DNA of 64,000 bases from Candidatus Latescibacterota bacterium (GTDB lineage: Bacteria; Latescibacterota; UBA2968; UBA8231): NCBI GenBank assembly GCA_965248265.1, contig CBDFJF010000001.1, positions 1,024,001 through 1,088,000 on the forward strand, written 5' to 3'. The translations under genes were made by a program, and so were the position numbers. Numbering within the stretch: the first letter of the stretch is position 1; the number at the start of each line of letters is the position of its first letter. This document shows positions 9,348-19,156 of the stretch, in pieces. A model generated the notes under the pieces. The model saw only the letters and a list, made by a program, of their open reading frames with translations. It was not told the origin of the DNA and did not search any database.

Positions 9348-10007
9348 TTACTCTGCTTTCTCACGGAAGTAGTGGCGTATCTTCGGGTCGCGGAATCGCG
9401 CCACGCTGTTGTGGCCCCAGACCGCCAGGCCAATGCCACCTTTCGGAGCGGTGTCGAGGGTGAGCCGATTCACGAGTCGACCGTCGATGTAGGTGGTGAT
9501 GGAGTTGCCGCGGACGGCAAGAACGACGTCATACTCATGGTCGCGCTCGAAAACGTGATTGACGACATCGAGCTTCGTGTGGTCCGGAGCCATAATGGCT
9601 GCCGTCTGCCACCCCAATAAGGGCGCGAAGTGGTAGTCCTGGTTGTCGTGGATGTTAAACCAGAGCTGGGCTGATCCGCCTTTGACTATGGTCATCTGTA
9701 CCTTCAACTCGAAGGATCGCCAGGTTTCGTCGCCCTTAACGATGCGGGCCCGGTAACCGCCGCCTGCATCGGCCATGATGGTGTCCCCCTCCCGTGACCA
9801 CGCAGCCGGCGTCCATGGATCGCCATTCACGTCCCATCCGTCCAGACCTTCGCCCACCAGGAGCGATTCCCATTTTATCACGCCCTGCGACCCGCCCATG
9901 TCTGTCCGCCCGTAGTCGTTCTCGGGGCCGGGCTCCTCAGCGCCCGCGAACGCGACCATCGCTACGAGGCCCATCAGGGCGATTCCAGTCATCCATGCGA
10001 AGCTCAT
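9348..10007 (-). CDS. DUF1080 / 3-keto-disaccharide hydrolase-like secreted protein
   Basis: Signal peptide; WESLL.G.GLDGW, FELKV, VRGNSITTYIDG, GGIGL...FRDPKIR; paralogue at 27009. Confidence 0.8.
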   Translation of the reverse strand: MSFAWMTGIALMGLVAMVAFAGAEEPGPENDYGRTDMGGSQGVIKWESLLVGEGLDGWDVNGDPWTPAAWSREGDTIMADAGGGYRARIVKGDETWRSFELKVQMTIVKGGSAQLWFNIHDNQDYHFAPLLGWQTAAIMAPDHTKLDVVNHVFERDHEYDVVLAVRGNSITTYIDGRLVNRLTLDTAPKGGIGLAVWGHNSVARFRDPKIRHYFREKAE

Positions 10008-10119
10008 TCACGCCTCCCTTGCAGGTTACGGCCCTACACGAAGGGCCAGATTGGACGCGGGCTCGGAAAATGCTCCCCTTTGTCCTCGTCCGGTACGCGT
10101 TGGTAGTTGGTGGTCGGTA

Positions 10120-10362
10120 TCACAAATCGAGTTCGCAGGGAACACCGACGCTGATGCACGCGATGGCGTCCTCGCGATCGGGGCGTCGCACGATGAGTTC
10201 AACGCAGGTTGCTTCATCTACCCAGAAGCCTCCTGCAAACACGAACCAAGCGTGAGTTGCCTGGCAAGCTGGCACGATGAATCGTTGCACCGGCTCGTCG
10301 CGGTCGCCCCAATGGATTCGAGTGGTAGATTTCCGATCCGATGCTCGCAAGAAATGGTTCAT
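10120..10362 (-). pseudogene. Possible C-terminal fragment of a hypothetical protein
   Basis: Protein-like Cys-spaced tail (C...WFVFAGGFWVD...CVEL...VGVPC) with no convincing N-terminus. Confidence 0.3.
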
Positions 10363-10404
10363 TCAGCCTATATTCGCCGCATTCACAATTGGAGTGAGGT
10401 CGAT

Positions 10405-10908
10405 ATGTATTCGGTAAATGATCCACCTGCAGTCATCGATATCGAAGCTTCTGGCTTTGGTACAGAGGCTTATCCCATAGAGATCGGCGTCGCCCTGTCC
10501 ACCGGCGAGACCTTCTGTTCGCTAATCCAGCCTGAACCTGAATGGGAATACTGGGACGATGAGGCGGAAAAAGTCCATCGTGTACCCCGCGACCTTCTCG
10601 AACTTTACGGTCGTCCCATCAATGATGTCACTGACGAACTCAATCAATTGATGGTCGGCCAGACGGCCTTCAGCGATGGCTGGGAAGTGGACAAGCCTTG
10701 GCTCTCGCAATTGTTCTGGGCTGCGAAGACCGAAATGCTCTTCGGTCTGAGCGCGCTCGACTTCATTCTATCCGACACGCAGATGCAGCACTGGCATGCG
10801 ACAAAAGACAAGGTAATCGAAGAAATGAACCTAAAACGCCATCGTGCCAGCCTCGACGCCGTCGTAATTCAGACGACCTACATGCGTACCCGAAGTCTGA
10901 CCTCCTGA
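10405..10908 (+). CDS. DnaQ/DEDDh-like 3'-5' exonuclease-fold protein
   Basis: VIDIEASG...YPIEIG, D..W, HRASLDA; GGAG-GAGG RBS before the ATG at 10405. Confidence 0.8.
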   Translation: MYSVNDPPAVIDIEASGFGTEAYPIEIGVALSTGETFCSLIQPEPEWEYWDDEAEKVHRVPRDLLELYGRPINDVTDELNQLMVGQTAFSDGWEVDKPWLSQLFWAAKTEMLFGLSALDFILSDTQMQHWHATKDKVIEEMNLKRHRASLDAVVIQTTYMRTRSLTS

Positions 10909-11066
10909 CGAACTATCACCTTGCTCCTGAGGACAGATCAATCCTGCACGGCCACTACGGCCAATCAATCCCTAGTTTGCTGCAGGCCCGCCCCTTGCCA
11001 GGCTTCCTCGCTGAGGGTGATTTCCCAGAAGTCAGGGTTGAACTTGGACACGCAGGTCGACCCGGG

Positions 11067-12596
11067 CTACCAGTCTTCTGGCGCAATGTGGGCCTTGTCT
11101 TCTTCGACAAGCTCGTATTCATCGATACCAAGGAATGCATCCCCCAAACGCGATTCCGGAAACTCAGTCATCACCAAACCCCTTGCCGCCATGTGCTGCG
11201 ATTCCCGTGGTCGCGCCATACCGTCCAGCAGGAACTCCACCGGTTCCAGAGATCCCGTTCCCGCGTAGATGAGTCCGGCCGAGAAATAGCATGCAGCCAA
11301 TGGCTTGTTGTGTTTCTTGCCACGCACAGGCCGGTTGCGCAGAGCGACGGCTCGATCGCGGATCTCGCCAAACACATCACTCCGTCCGGTACCCAGATAG
11401 ACAGTTCCCAGGGCACGGATCGCGGCACGTGACGTTTCGGGTTCGTCGGCCAACCGCAGGCAGATTCGTCGCAGAGACTCATCGCTGTGGGACCTGGCAG
11501 CCATGCCCACGCCACGCACAGCCGCAGCACGAACCGCACCGTTTTTCGCATTGCACAAATCTGCCAGCAAACTGATCGTATCCTCGCGGTCCTGATGCAT
11601 CACCAACCGTCCCAGACACACGGCCGCAACTCGTTGCGTAGCCACATCGCCGCTGACAGCCAGTTTGCTGAGCGGATCCAGGCAGTCGTCGAGGTTGGCG
11701 CCGACAAAGCACCTGGGCGCCACCCTCATCATGGCATGAATAGCGCCATGCCCTTGACGCACCTCCAGCATACGCAAAAACGGCTTCATCCCCCGACCGG
11801 CGCCCGCCGTCGACAACCCCTCGACGGCGCCTTTGTGTCGCCCGGGTCGCATCCAACCGCGTCCGACCTCTTCCGGAAACTCATCCGGAATCAACATGTG
11901 AGCCAGCAAGTCCTCGTACATGCGGTCGAACCAGACCTCCTCTGCGCCCATTACAAGATGCCCCACTTTGTCTTCGTCTACCTCGAAGTCGACAATGTTT
12001 CGTTCCCAGTCGCGCTCCGGCTTCACAGCAAGCCGATAGGTTTCCTCCGTTGGTGCACCCTGGTACAACAGTGTGATCGCTGAGATACGAAGATTGGTGC
12101 CGATGGCCGGTGTTTCGGCTGCCACTTCCAGGATTTCGCGCAACACCGCGTCGCTGGCCTGCCCGCGTGCCGCTTGACTGAGGGCGACGACCGCTTGCCT
12201 GCGGACAAACTGGTTATTGCTCTGCAGATACGGCTGCAGAGTCTGTAGAATGAGTTCCCAACCCGACCCGGTGACGGCCGCCCCGACTAGCCTCACGGCA
12301 CGATCCCTCAGGAACGAGTCCGGGTGCTGGGTGAAATACGTGAGTGTTTCCAATGCTTGTGCCCCGCGTCCCTCGAAGACATCACGGGCCACGCGCACCG
12401 CCTGGTGCCGGGTGGCCGCCTTGGCGAGGTAGGGATACAGGTAGTCCAGGGCACGTGGATCCCCTGTGCGGCCAAACCGTGCGGTGACATAATGGAGCCA
12501 GACGGAATCAACCAGGCCTTGTCGGCTGATTACGTTCCAGTTGGCTGATCGCTCTTCCAGGGTTCTCCACAGGTCGCTCATATCCAAATCCCGCAA
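11067..12596 (-). CDS. HEAT/PC-like alpha-helical repeat protein
   Basis: Repeated units VRRQAVVAL, QRVAAVCLG, VRAAAVRGVGMA, AAIRALGTVYLGTG, SAGLIYAGTG. Confidence 0.75.
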   Translation of the reverse strand: MRDLDMSDLWRTLEERSANWNVISRQGLVDSVWLHYVTARFGRTGDPRALDYLYPYLAKAATRHQAVRVARDVFEGRGAQALETLTYFTQHPDSFLRDRAVRLVGAAVTGSGWELILQTLQPYLQSNNQFVRRQAVVALSQAARGQASDAVLREILEVAAETPAIGTNLRISAITLLYQGAPTEETYRLAVKPERDWERNIVDFEVDEDKVGHLVMGAEEVWFDRMYEDLLAHMLIPDEFPEEVGRGWMRPGRHKGAVEGLSTAGAGRGMKPFLRMLEVRQGHGAIHAMMRVAPRCFVGANLDDCLDPLSKLAVSGDVATQRVAAVCLGRLVMHQDREDTISLLADLCNAKNGAVRAAAVRGVGMAARSHSDESLRRICLRLADEPETSRAAIRALGTVYLGTGRSDVFGEIRDRAVALRNRPVRGKKHNKPLAACYFSAGLIYAGTGSLEPVEFLLDGMARPRESQHMAARGLVMTEFPESRLGDAFLGIDEYELVEEDKAHIAPEDW

Positions 12597-13096
12597 AAGT
12601 CATGTGTACGTGGCTTGCCCTTCCACGCAAAGGGGGCGCTCGGACCACAGCCGCGATCGCCGTTCCATCCGCAGGAGGCCCGCCACGTACACGGTTGAAG
12701 TTAACAACCGCCAGTTGCTACACTGTAACACACTTTCACAGGCACTTTGAGAGAACACATTTTGCCTATCGACGGGAACCAGTCAAAAACCCGATGCGCC
12801 CCGGGAGGACAGCTGGTCGTCGCGGCATCCAAGGGGCCATCGTAACGTGAACACCCGTCGTTCCCTGAATCCATGCTCACCTGAATGCTCTCCTGAGTCG
12901 CCTCTGCCCGTCGGTGACTGCGCCCTTGCGCGAGATCTCTTGAAAGGAATGACGGGCATCCATATCATGCACTGACAGCCTGTCACTGTTTAGAGGTGCC
13001 GGTATCCCCGGCTGCCAACGCAGGGAAACCCAGCTCCAATCCCAACATTGGAGTCGGCGCTCTCGCTTATGGGCCCTGAGGATCGCATGACCAACG

Positions 13097-14707
13097 ATGA
13101 TTGAGCCGGAAGTCGATGTGCGAGGAGCGCACATCCTGGTGGTGGACGACACGCCGTCCAACCTGCGCGTGCTGTTCCGAACCCTGGAGGCGGCGGGCTA
13201 CGAGGTGACGGTCGCTGACTCGGGCAAGATGGCCCTCGAACAGGTGGTGCGCCTCCGGCCCGACCTGATCCTGCTGGATGTCATGTTGCCCGGAGTGAAC
13301 GGATTCGAAGTCTGCCGGCGCCTGAAGCAGGACAAGACGATGGCGGCCATCCCCATCCTGTTCCTCACTGCCCGGGACGCTGCCGCCGACGTCGTCGAGG
13401 GATTCCGCGCCGGCGGCATCGACTACATGGTCAAGCCCTTCCGCATGCAGGAGGTGCTGGCCCGTGTCCGCTCGCAGCTGGAGAGGGTGCGGTTGATGGG
13501 CGAGGTCGTGTCGAAGAATGCGGAGCTGGAAGAGCAGGCCCGCCAGTTGGTGGAGCAGAACCGCGCCCTCCAGGAGGAAATCGCGCGGACCAAGCGCCTC
13601 GCGAGCGAGCGCGATGAGTTGGCTGACCGACTGTCTCACCTCTCACAGCTGGAGGTGGAGCGCCACGGGGTGGCAGGCTTCATCGGGCGGAGCCCGGCCG
13701 TCCAGGCCGTGCTCGAGGAAATCGACCTGCTGCGGCAGGCGCACACCGTCTCGGTGCTGGTCACCGGCGAGAGCGGCACGGGAAAGGAGTGGATCGCCCG
13801 GGCCATCCACTCCGGCGGCTCGCGCGCGGAGGGACCCTTCGTGGCGGTCAACTGCGCCGCCATCCCCACCGATCTGGCCGAGTCGAGCTTCTTCGGACAC
13901 AATCGCGGGGCTTTTACCGGGGCGTACGATGCCCACCGTGGATACTTCGAGCAGGCCGACGGGGGCACCCTGTTCCTCGACGAGGTCTGCGACCTGCCCC
14001 TGACACTGCAGGCCAAGCTCCTGCGCACACTCGAATCGAGCCGGGTGACGCCCGTGGGCGGGACACAGGAGAGACCGGTGGACGTGCGGATCGTGGCGGC
14101 GACCAACCGCGACGTGACCAGGCGGATCGCAGAGGACCTCTTCCGAGAGGATCTCTATTTCAGGCTGGCGGGGTTCACGGTGGCGCTGCCGCCGTTGCGC
14201 GAGCGGCGAGAGGACATCCCGCTGCTGGTCGACCATTTCCTACAGCAGCTATCGGAAGAGATGGGCCGCGAGTCGCCCGGGATAAGCCGAGAGGCGCTGA
14301 GTTTGCTGGACGGCCATGCGTTCCCGGGGAACGTGCGGGAGCTGAAAAATCTGATCGAGTACGCGCTGATCAAGAGCAAGGGGGCCCTAATCCGGCCGGA
14401 GCACCTGCGGTTCATTGAGTTCCGCAACGGTTTGGAGGGACCGGAGATCACGCGTGGCGGCGAGGATTCGGGCCGCGCTGCCACCGAAGACCGATCCCGG
14501 GCTCCCGAAGAGCGCATCCTCGTCTACGTGAGGGAGCACGGCTCGATCAGCAACGCAGACTGCCGGAATCTGCTGTCCGTGGACCTTCAGCGCGCCTCCT
14601 ATCTGCTGAAGAAGCTGCACGCAGAGGGGGCATTAGAGAAGCACGGAGAGCGGCGTTGGAGCCGCTACCGTCTGCCCTCAGCAGCTTTCGGATCTGAATC
14701 ATATTAG
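13097..14707 (+). CDS. Sigma-54-dependent response regulator (REC - coiled coil - AAA+ - winged HTH)
   Basis: ILVVDD/LLDVMLP receiver; GESGTGKE Walker A; GAFTGA; LFLDEV; FPGNVRELKN. Confidence 0.95.
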   Translation: MIEPEVDVRGAHILVVDDTPSNLRVLFRTLEAAGYEVTVADSGKMALEQVVRLRPDLILLDVMLPGVNGFEVCRRLKQDKTMAAIPILFLTARDAAADVVEGFRAGGIDYMVKPFRMQEVLARVRSQLERVRLMGEVVSKNAELEEQARQLVEQNRALQEEIARTKRLASERDELADRLSHLSQLEVERHGVAGFIGRSPAVQAVLEEIDLLRQAHTVSVLVTGESGTGKEWIARAIHSGGSRAEGPFVAVNCAAIPTDLAESSFFGHNRGAFTGAYDAHRGYFEQADGGTLFLDEVCDLPLTLQAKLLRTLESSRVTPVGGTQERPVDVRIVAATNRDVTRRIAEDLFREDLYFRLAGFTVALPPLRERREDIPLLVDHFLQQLSEEMGRESPGISREALSLLDGHAFPGNVRELKNLIEYALIKSKGALIRPEHLRFIEFRNGLEGPEITRGGEDSGRAATEDRSRAPEERILVYVREHGSISNADCRNLLSVDLQRASYLLKKLHAEGALEKHGERRWSRYRLPSAAFGSESY

Positions 14708-15151
14708 AGACGATTGGGGGTATCCATTTAACCGGACTATACACTGAGTGTTGTGGTATCAACGCGGATTACCAGCATTTTCAGGAGGCAGACAATATTG
14801 AACCACTCAACGAAATGCTCCTCGACGCGTTCCTGGTAGTTGCTGGAAATTCGCTCGACAAAAAAGCGGCCCATGGCCACAGCCACGTTTCTCAAGCACG
14901 AGATCTCGCCGACTCCTCACAGCAGACGTGATGCCCCACCGCGCCATCCATAGCCATTCCCCCATCAACGCTCGCTCTCACTCAGTCGTGGAAAGGCCAG
15001 CATTGTCGCGCCCGATGGAGTCTTCGCTACACACGGTTGTCAAACAGGCCCTCACCTCGAAGGTCGGCCTGGATTTCGACTAAACACAATACCGACGAGC
15101 ATCGCCTTGGCGATGGCGCATAACGTTCGGGGCGCTGCTACTACCCCGAAC

Positions 15152-15183
15152 AAAAGCCCCGGGCGCCAATCGGCGCCCGGGGC
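15152..15183 (-). terminator. Rho-independent terminator of the glycine-rich lipoprotein gene
   Basis: GCCCCGGGCGCC-aatc-GGCGCCCGGGGC perfect 12-bp stem followed by TTTT on the minus strand. Confidence 0.8.
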
Positions 15184-15210
15184 CCTGTTACCGCGAATTC
15201 GCGGAAAGAA

Positions 15211-16143
15211 CTACCTGCTGTCTTTCCCGGTGTTCACGAACCGGATGCACTGCCCCTGGTTCCTGAAGCCGAAGGCCTCCCAGCCACCCTTCTTGCACTC
15301 GTCCTTGGAGGTGGGGTCGGTGATCTCCTCATAGGCGATCTCGATAGAGCCATCGTCACCCGACTCCCACGACGGACTCCCACCAGCAGCCCCACCGTTG
15401 CCGGCAGGAGCGTGAGTCGTGCCGGCGGGCCCGAAGCTTCCACCGCCGCCGCCGCCGCCGTACCAGCCCCCCCGGCCGCCAACGCCGGTGCCGTCACCGC
15501 CCGCGCCACCGGCGGAAGCGCTGTCGCCGCCGTTGCCGCCGTCGCCATCACCGCCAGGGAGCCCAGCAGCGGAGTTGCCATAATCGTCCGTGCCGAGGCC
15601 GGCAGCACCGCCGTTGCCGCCGCCGCCAGCAAGACCGGGGTAGCCACCTCCGCCATTGCCGCCGCTGCCGTCAGCTTGACCAGCATCGCCGCCTCCGCCG
15701 TATGTGCCAGCACCGCCCCCACCACCGGCGATCACGAGAGCAACGCCTCCGGAGCTGATGGTGGTGCTGCCGCCTCCACCGATGTTCCAGTTCGGCGAAG
15801 TGCCCCCGCCGACGAACAGATCAAGGACCTGGCCGGGCGTCACGGACAGTGTGGCCGTGACCATCGCGCCGCTGCCACCGGCTACGAACAAGTTCCCTGC
15901 GGCACCGCCGCCGACGGCGACGACATCGAGGGAGGTCACGCCCGAGGGGACGACAAAGGTCGAGGCACCGACCGTCTCAAACTCGACGACCTCGTGGCCG
16001 GCCACGTGCTTGGCCGCGAATGCAACGGAGACCTCCTGCTCTGCAGATACATCGCTTCTGGGTCCCACGACCTGGCCGTCATCGCTGCAACCGCCCACTG
16101 CCAGGCCGGCGGCCAGAGCGCCAATCGATAGAAAGCGCAACAT
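15211..16143 (-). CDS. Glycine-rich secreted lipoprotein
   Basis: AAAGGAGG RBS; lipobox VGGC; FVVPSGVTSLDVVAVGGG and AGGGGGAG Gly-rich domain; C-terminal PTSKDECKKGGW..FGFRNQGQCIRFV motif. Confidence 0.85.
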   Translation of the reverse strand: MLRFLSIGALAAGLAVGGCSDDGQVVGPRSDVSAEQEVSVAFAAKHVAGHEVVEFETVGASTFVVPSGVTSLDVVAVGGGAAGNLFVAGGSGAMVTATLSVTPGQVLDLFVGGGTSPNWNIGGGGSTTISSGGVALVIAGGGGGAGTYGGGGDAGQADGSGGNGGGGYPGLAGGGGNGGAAGLGTDDYGNSAAGLPGGDGDGGNGGDSASAGGAGGDGTGVGGRGGWYGGGGGGGSFGPAGTTHAPAGNGGAAGGSPSWESGDDGSIEIAYEEITDPTSKDECKKGGWEAFGFRNQGQCIRFVNTGKDSR

Positions 16144-16166
16144 CTGAATACCCTCCTTTGGTTTGG

Positions 16167-16198
16167 GGACTAGTCCGAATCCGATTCAGGACTAGTCC
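16167..16198. repeat. Nested palindrome / 10-bp direct repeat GGACTAGTCC x2
   Basis: GGACTAGTCC-GAATC-C-GATTC-A-GGACTAGTCC, read directly from the sequence. Confidence 0.85.
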
Positions 16199-16302
16199 TT
16201 CGTGTGGAATTCTAAACGCCATCACAGCTATGATTGGTCCGATATCTTCCCATCTTCTTTCACTGCAACCTCAGGAGTGGTATATCTCCACCCCCCTACG
16301 AT

Positions 16303-17103
16303 TCAATCTTCGCCCGTGACATCGGCCTGAGCCACCAGCTCCTCGAAGGAGCAGGGACGGTCTGGATCGAAGTGACCTAGGCCGATCCGCACCTGCAACT
16401 GCTGCTGTCCCGAGCGCGCGTTGTGAGCCGCCAGGTTCTGCTGCAGGCGACTCAGGGCGATGTCCGTCTGTCCGGCACCCGCGTTGACGAGCAGCACGCC
16501 GCAGTCCGTCCCGTCCACGCGGCCGGCCATATCCGCGTCGCGGAAGGTCCGCTGCACCACTCTGCCCAGATCGGCGATCGCTCGTTCGGTCTGCTCCAAA
16601 GTCCCACCGTCCACGTCCGCACGCACCAGGACCATGTGGGTCTTGGTGCGCTGTGCCGCCTTGAGCTGCTGACGCGCCAGTGCGGTGAATCCCGCGCGCT
16701 GATACAGCCCCGACTCGGCATCCTGGAAGGAGTGGCTGGTCTGGCGTTCGGCCAGGCGGATCAGCATCAACTCAAGCTCCGCCGGCCGGAAGGGTTTGCA
16801 CAGGTAGCCGTACACCCCGCAGTGCACAGCCTCCGGGGCCGGCAGCACTTCGTTTGAGGCGCGCAACACCACCGGGATCGCGGGATAGCGCTGGTGAACC
16901 AGGCGCAGGGCCTTGCCGACGACCCGAATCCGGCCCGGCGGCAGATCCGCGATGATCAGATCGGTGAGGGCCGGTTCCGCGGCGAGCGCCTCGAGCAGGC
17001 CCTCGGGCGCCGGGAGCAGGCTGACCTGGTGCCCGAGCGCCTGCAAGTGCTCGGCGACCATCTGGCGGGCGTAGTTCTCATCTTCGACCAGATAAATGCG
17101 CAT
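16303..17103 (-). CDS. Response regulator with degenerate GGDEF domain
   Basis: MRIYLVEDE receiver, YLCKPF; D.ESGLYQRAGF, R..D.AGRVDGTDC in place of the GGDEF motif. Confidence 0.85.
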   Translation of the reverse strand: MRIYLVEDENYARQMVAEHLQALGHQVSLLPAPEGLLEALAAEPALTDLIIADLPPGRIRVVGKALRLVHQRYPAIPVVLRASNEVLPAPEAVHCGVYGYLCKPFRPAELELMLIRLAERQTSHSFQDAESGLYQRAGFTALARQQLKAAQRTKTHMVLVRADVDGGTLEQTERAIADLGRVVQRTFRDADMAGRVDGTDCGVLLVNAGAGQTDIALSRLQQNLAAHNARSGQQQLQVRIGLGHFDPDRPCSFEELVAQADVTGED

Positions 17104-17169
17104 CAATGAGTCCGGAAACGTGCCATCGCATGTGGTTCGTTTTCGTTGCACAATTGTCGTAAGTTTTAC

Positions 17170-17184
17170 GCAATTTTGGTGCCA
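17170..17184 (-). promoter_or_regulatory. Sigma-54 (-24/-12) promoter
   Basis: TGGCAC-CAAAA-TTGC on the minus strand, exact consensus, 67 nt upstream of the ATG at 17103. Confidence 0.8.
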
Positions 17185-17888
17185 CCACGTGAAGCGTTTC
17201 CTCACCTCGGCGCGCCGATGCCCAAGAACCGGAGAGCAGGTTCTTCCCAAAGTTCTGTATCCCTTTGTTAATAAAGGTGTTAATCGGGAGGTAGAGCCTG
17301 CCGATTGGAGGCGTTCGGGCACGGGCCATCTCCCACTAGGCATCCCATGGGCCCTGTCCGGTGGGACCGTCTATTGGGGTTTAATAGCGAATCTCTAATT
17401 AATCGCCAATATATCCTCTAATATGAGACTAATAGACTCGGTAGTCAGACGCCTCACTTCGATGGTGCCGTGTCTTGTCGGGATCCGCAGAGGCCTGCGT
17501 GCCCGCCGCCGTTTCGGCCTGACGCTGCTCGCTACCGCCTTGCTCGGGGTGATAGATATTTCGGCAGGGATACTCCTCCCGATTCCCGCTTCGTTGCACC
17601 TCTAGGCAAAGGCAACTGTGAGCGAGCCGTCTCCGTGCTTTCACGGTGACAAATGAAAATTTCCACTTTCCCTTATCCCTTTCGGTTCTCTTTTGCACCT
17701 TTCTACACAGAGTGACCATGTACCGCTGGATCCCGGAGCCAGTTCTGCACAAGTTGACCATTTGTGTCCCGAGGCTGGGGGAAATCGTTCAGGGTTGCAG
17801 GCATGTACCTAAGCGGGAATTCGTAGGTCTCAGTTTCGGGTGGGTCGTGTGAGGTACACGAGACTTCGCCCCTAGTCCATGGGACCTC

Positions 17889-19130
17889 ATGGTTCGAGTC
17901 CTCGTTGTCGAGCGGAATGAAAGAATCGGTGGCTTGATCTCGGGCCAGCTCCGGGAAAACGGCTACGAGGCAATCGATGTACGTCACGGAGTCGAGGTAG
18001 TAGTGGAGCTGCGCCGACAGGTAGCCGACGTCATCCTGATGGACAACCAGGTTCCTATGGGCGGTCTCAAGACTGCCCGCCTCATTCGCCTCCACGACAA
18101 GTACAACACCATTCCCATCATTCTCAGTTTGCCACCAGACAAGGCGCAGGCTCGATCGATCGTCCAGCAGGGCCAGCAGTCCGGCCTCAAGAACTTCGTG
18201 ATGAAGCCGTTTACCCTGGAAATGCTGAAGAAAAAGTTGAGCCAGATCCTGGAGGAGGGCACACCGACCGAAAAGCCCACCAACCAGGAGATCAGAGACG
18301 AAATCCGCAACCTCACCAACTTGCCCTCGATGCCGGCCGCACACTCCAAGCTCTTGAGCCTACTGAGCAAGACGGATGAGGAGGTCGACATCCGCCAGGT
18401 CTCCTCCACTCTCGAACAAGATCCGGCACTGTCCGCCAAGGTCATGGGAACATGCCGCTCGGCACACTACGGCTTTCAAGGGCACGCCATGTCTCAGGCG
18501 GTGGCCTTTCTCGGTGTTGCCGTCATCCGCAAAATCGTGCAGTCAGCTGTCATATACAACACGTTTGCGGAGGGTGCGGAATCGGAAAAAACGGCGGCGC
18601 TACCAATGAATGAGCTGTGGCGACACTCACTGGCGACGGGGATGGCCATGGAGGTCATCGGCAAGTCTGACAAAAAGAAGACCCACTTCCTCCTGGGCCT
18701 GCTACACGACATCGGTAAGGCGGTGTTCAAGTTCCGCTTTCCCGATCACTACGGCGAAGTCCTCGGACTGGTACGCAAGGAGAGCCTCTCAATCCTCAAA
18801 GCCGAGCAGGAGGTGCTGGGTATCACCCACGCCGACTGCGGGCGCGAACTGGCCATGCATTGGGAGCTGCCGGGCGAGTTGCAGACGGCTATCGCTGCCC
18901 ACCACAACCCGGGCCGCTCAGCCCAGCACAAACGTCTCGCGTCCATGGTCCACATCGCCGACATTGCCGTGCGCACGATGGGGATCGGCGATGGAGGTGA
19001 TGCCCTCATACCAGAAATGGATCCATACGCCAGGCGGCTGCAGAAGAGCGTCGACGAGATCGTCCAGCACAAGGATGATTTCATCGGACAGTGCGACAGC
19101 ATCCTGGGTGCCAGCGGGGACAATCAATAG
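17889..19130 (+). CDS. Receiver + HDOD domain signalling protein
   Basis: ILMD/KPF receiver; LPSMP, QDPALSAKV, LWRHS, GLLHDIGK, THA..G..LA.HW.LP, HH. Confidence 0.9.
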   Translation: MVRVLVVERNERIGGLISGQLRENGYEAIDVRHGVEVVVELRRQVADVILMDNQVPMGGLKTARLIRLHDKYNTIPIILSLPPDKAQARSIVQQGQQSGLKNFVMKPFTLEMLKKKLSQILEEGTPTEKPTNQEIRDEIRNLTNLPSMPAAHSKLLSLLSKTDEEVDIRQVSSTLEQDPALSAKVMGTCRSAHYGFQGHAMSQAVAFLGVAVIRKIVQSAVIYNTFAEGAESEKTAALPMNELWRHSLATGMAMEVIGKSDKKKTHFLLGLLHDIGKAVFKFRFPDHYGEVLGLVRKESLSILKAEQEVLGITHADCGRELAMHWELPGELQTAIAAHHNPGRSAQHKRLASMVHIADIAVRTMGIGDGGDALIPEMDPYARRLQKSVDEIVQHKDDFIGQCDSILGASGDNQ

Positions 19131-19156
19131 ACCTGACGCGCTTGACGGAGACGAGT

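Noticed and set aside
15036-15052. GGTTGTCAAACAGGCCC as an IS terminal repeat
   Set aside because: Resembles IS5/IS1182-type ends, but no partner repeat or transposase remnant was found.
17423-17605. 60-aa ORF with a hydrophobic tail
   Set aside because: No RBS or recognisable family; cannot be supported.
17600-17710. c-di-GMP riboswitch in the long intergenic region
   Set aside because: GGCAAA and GAAA-loop fragments are present, but the consensus P1/P2 arrangement could not be built on either strand.
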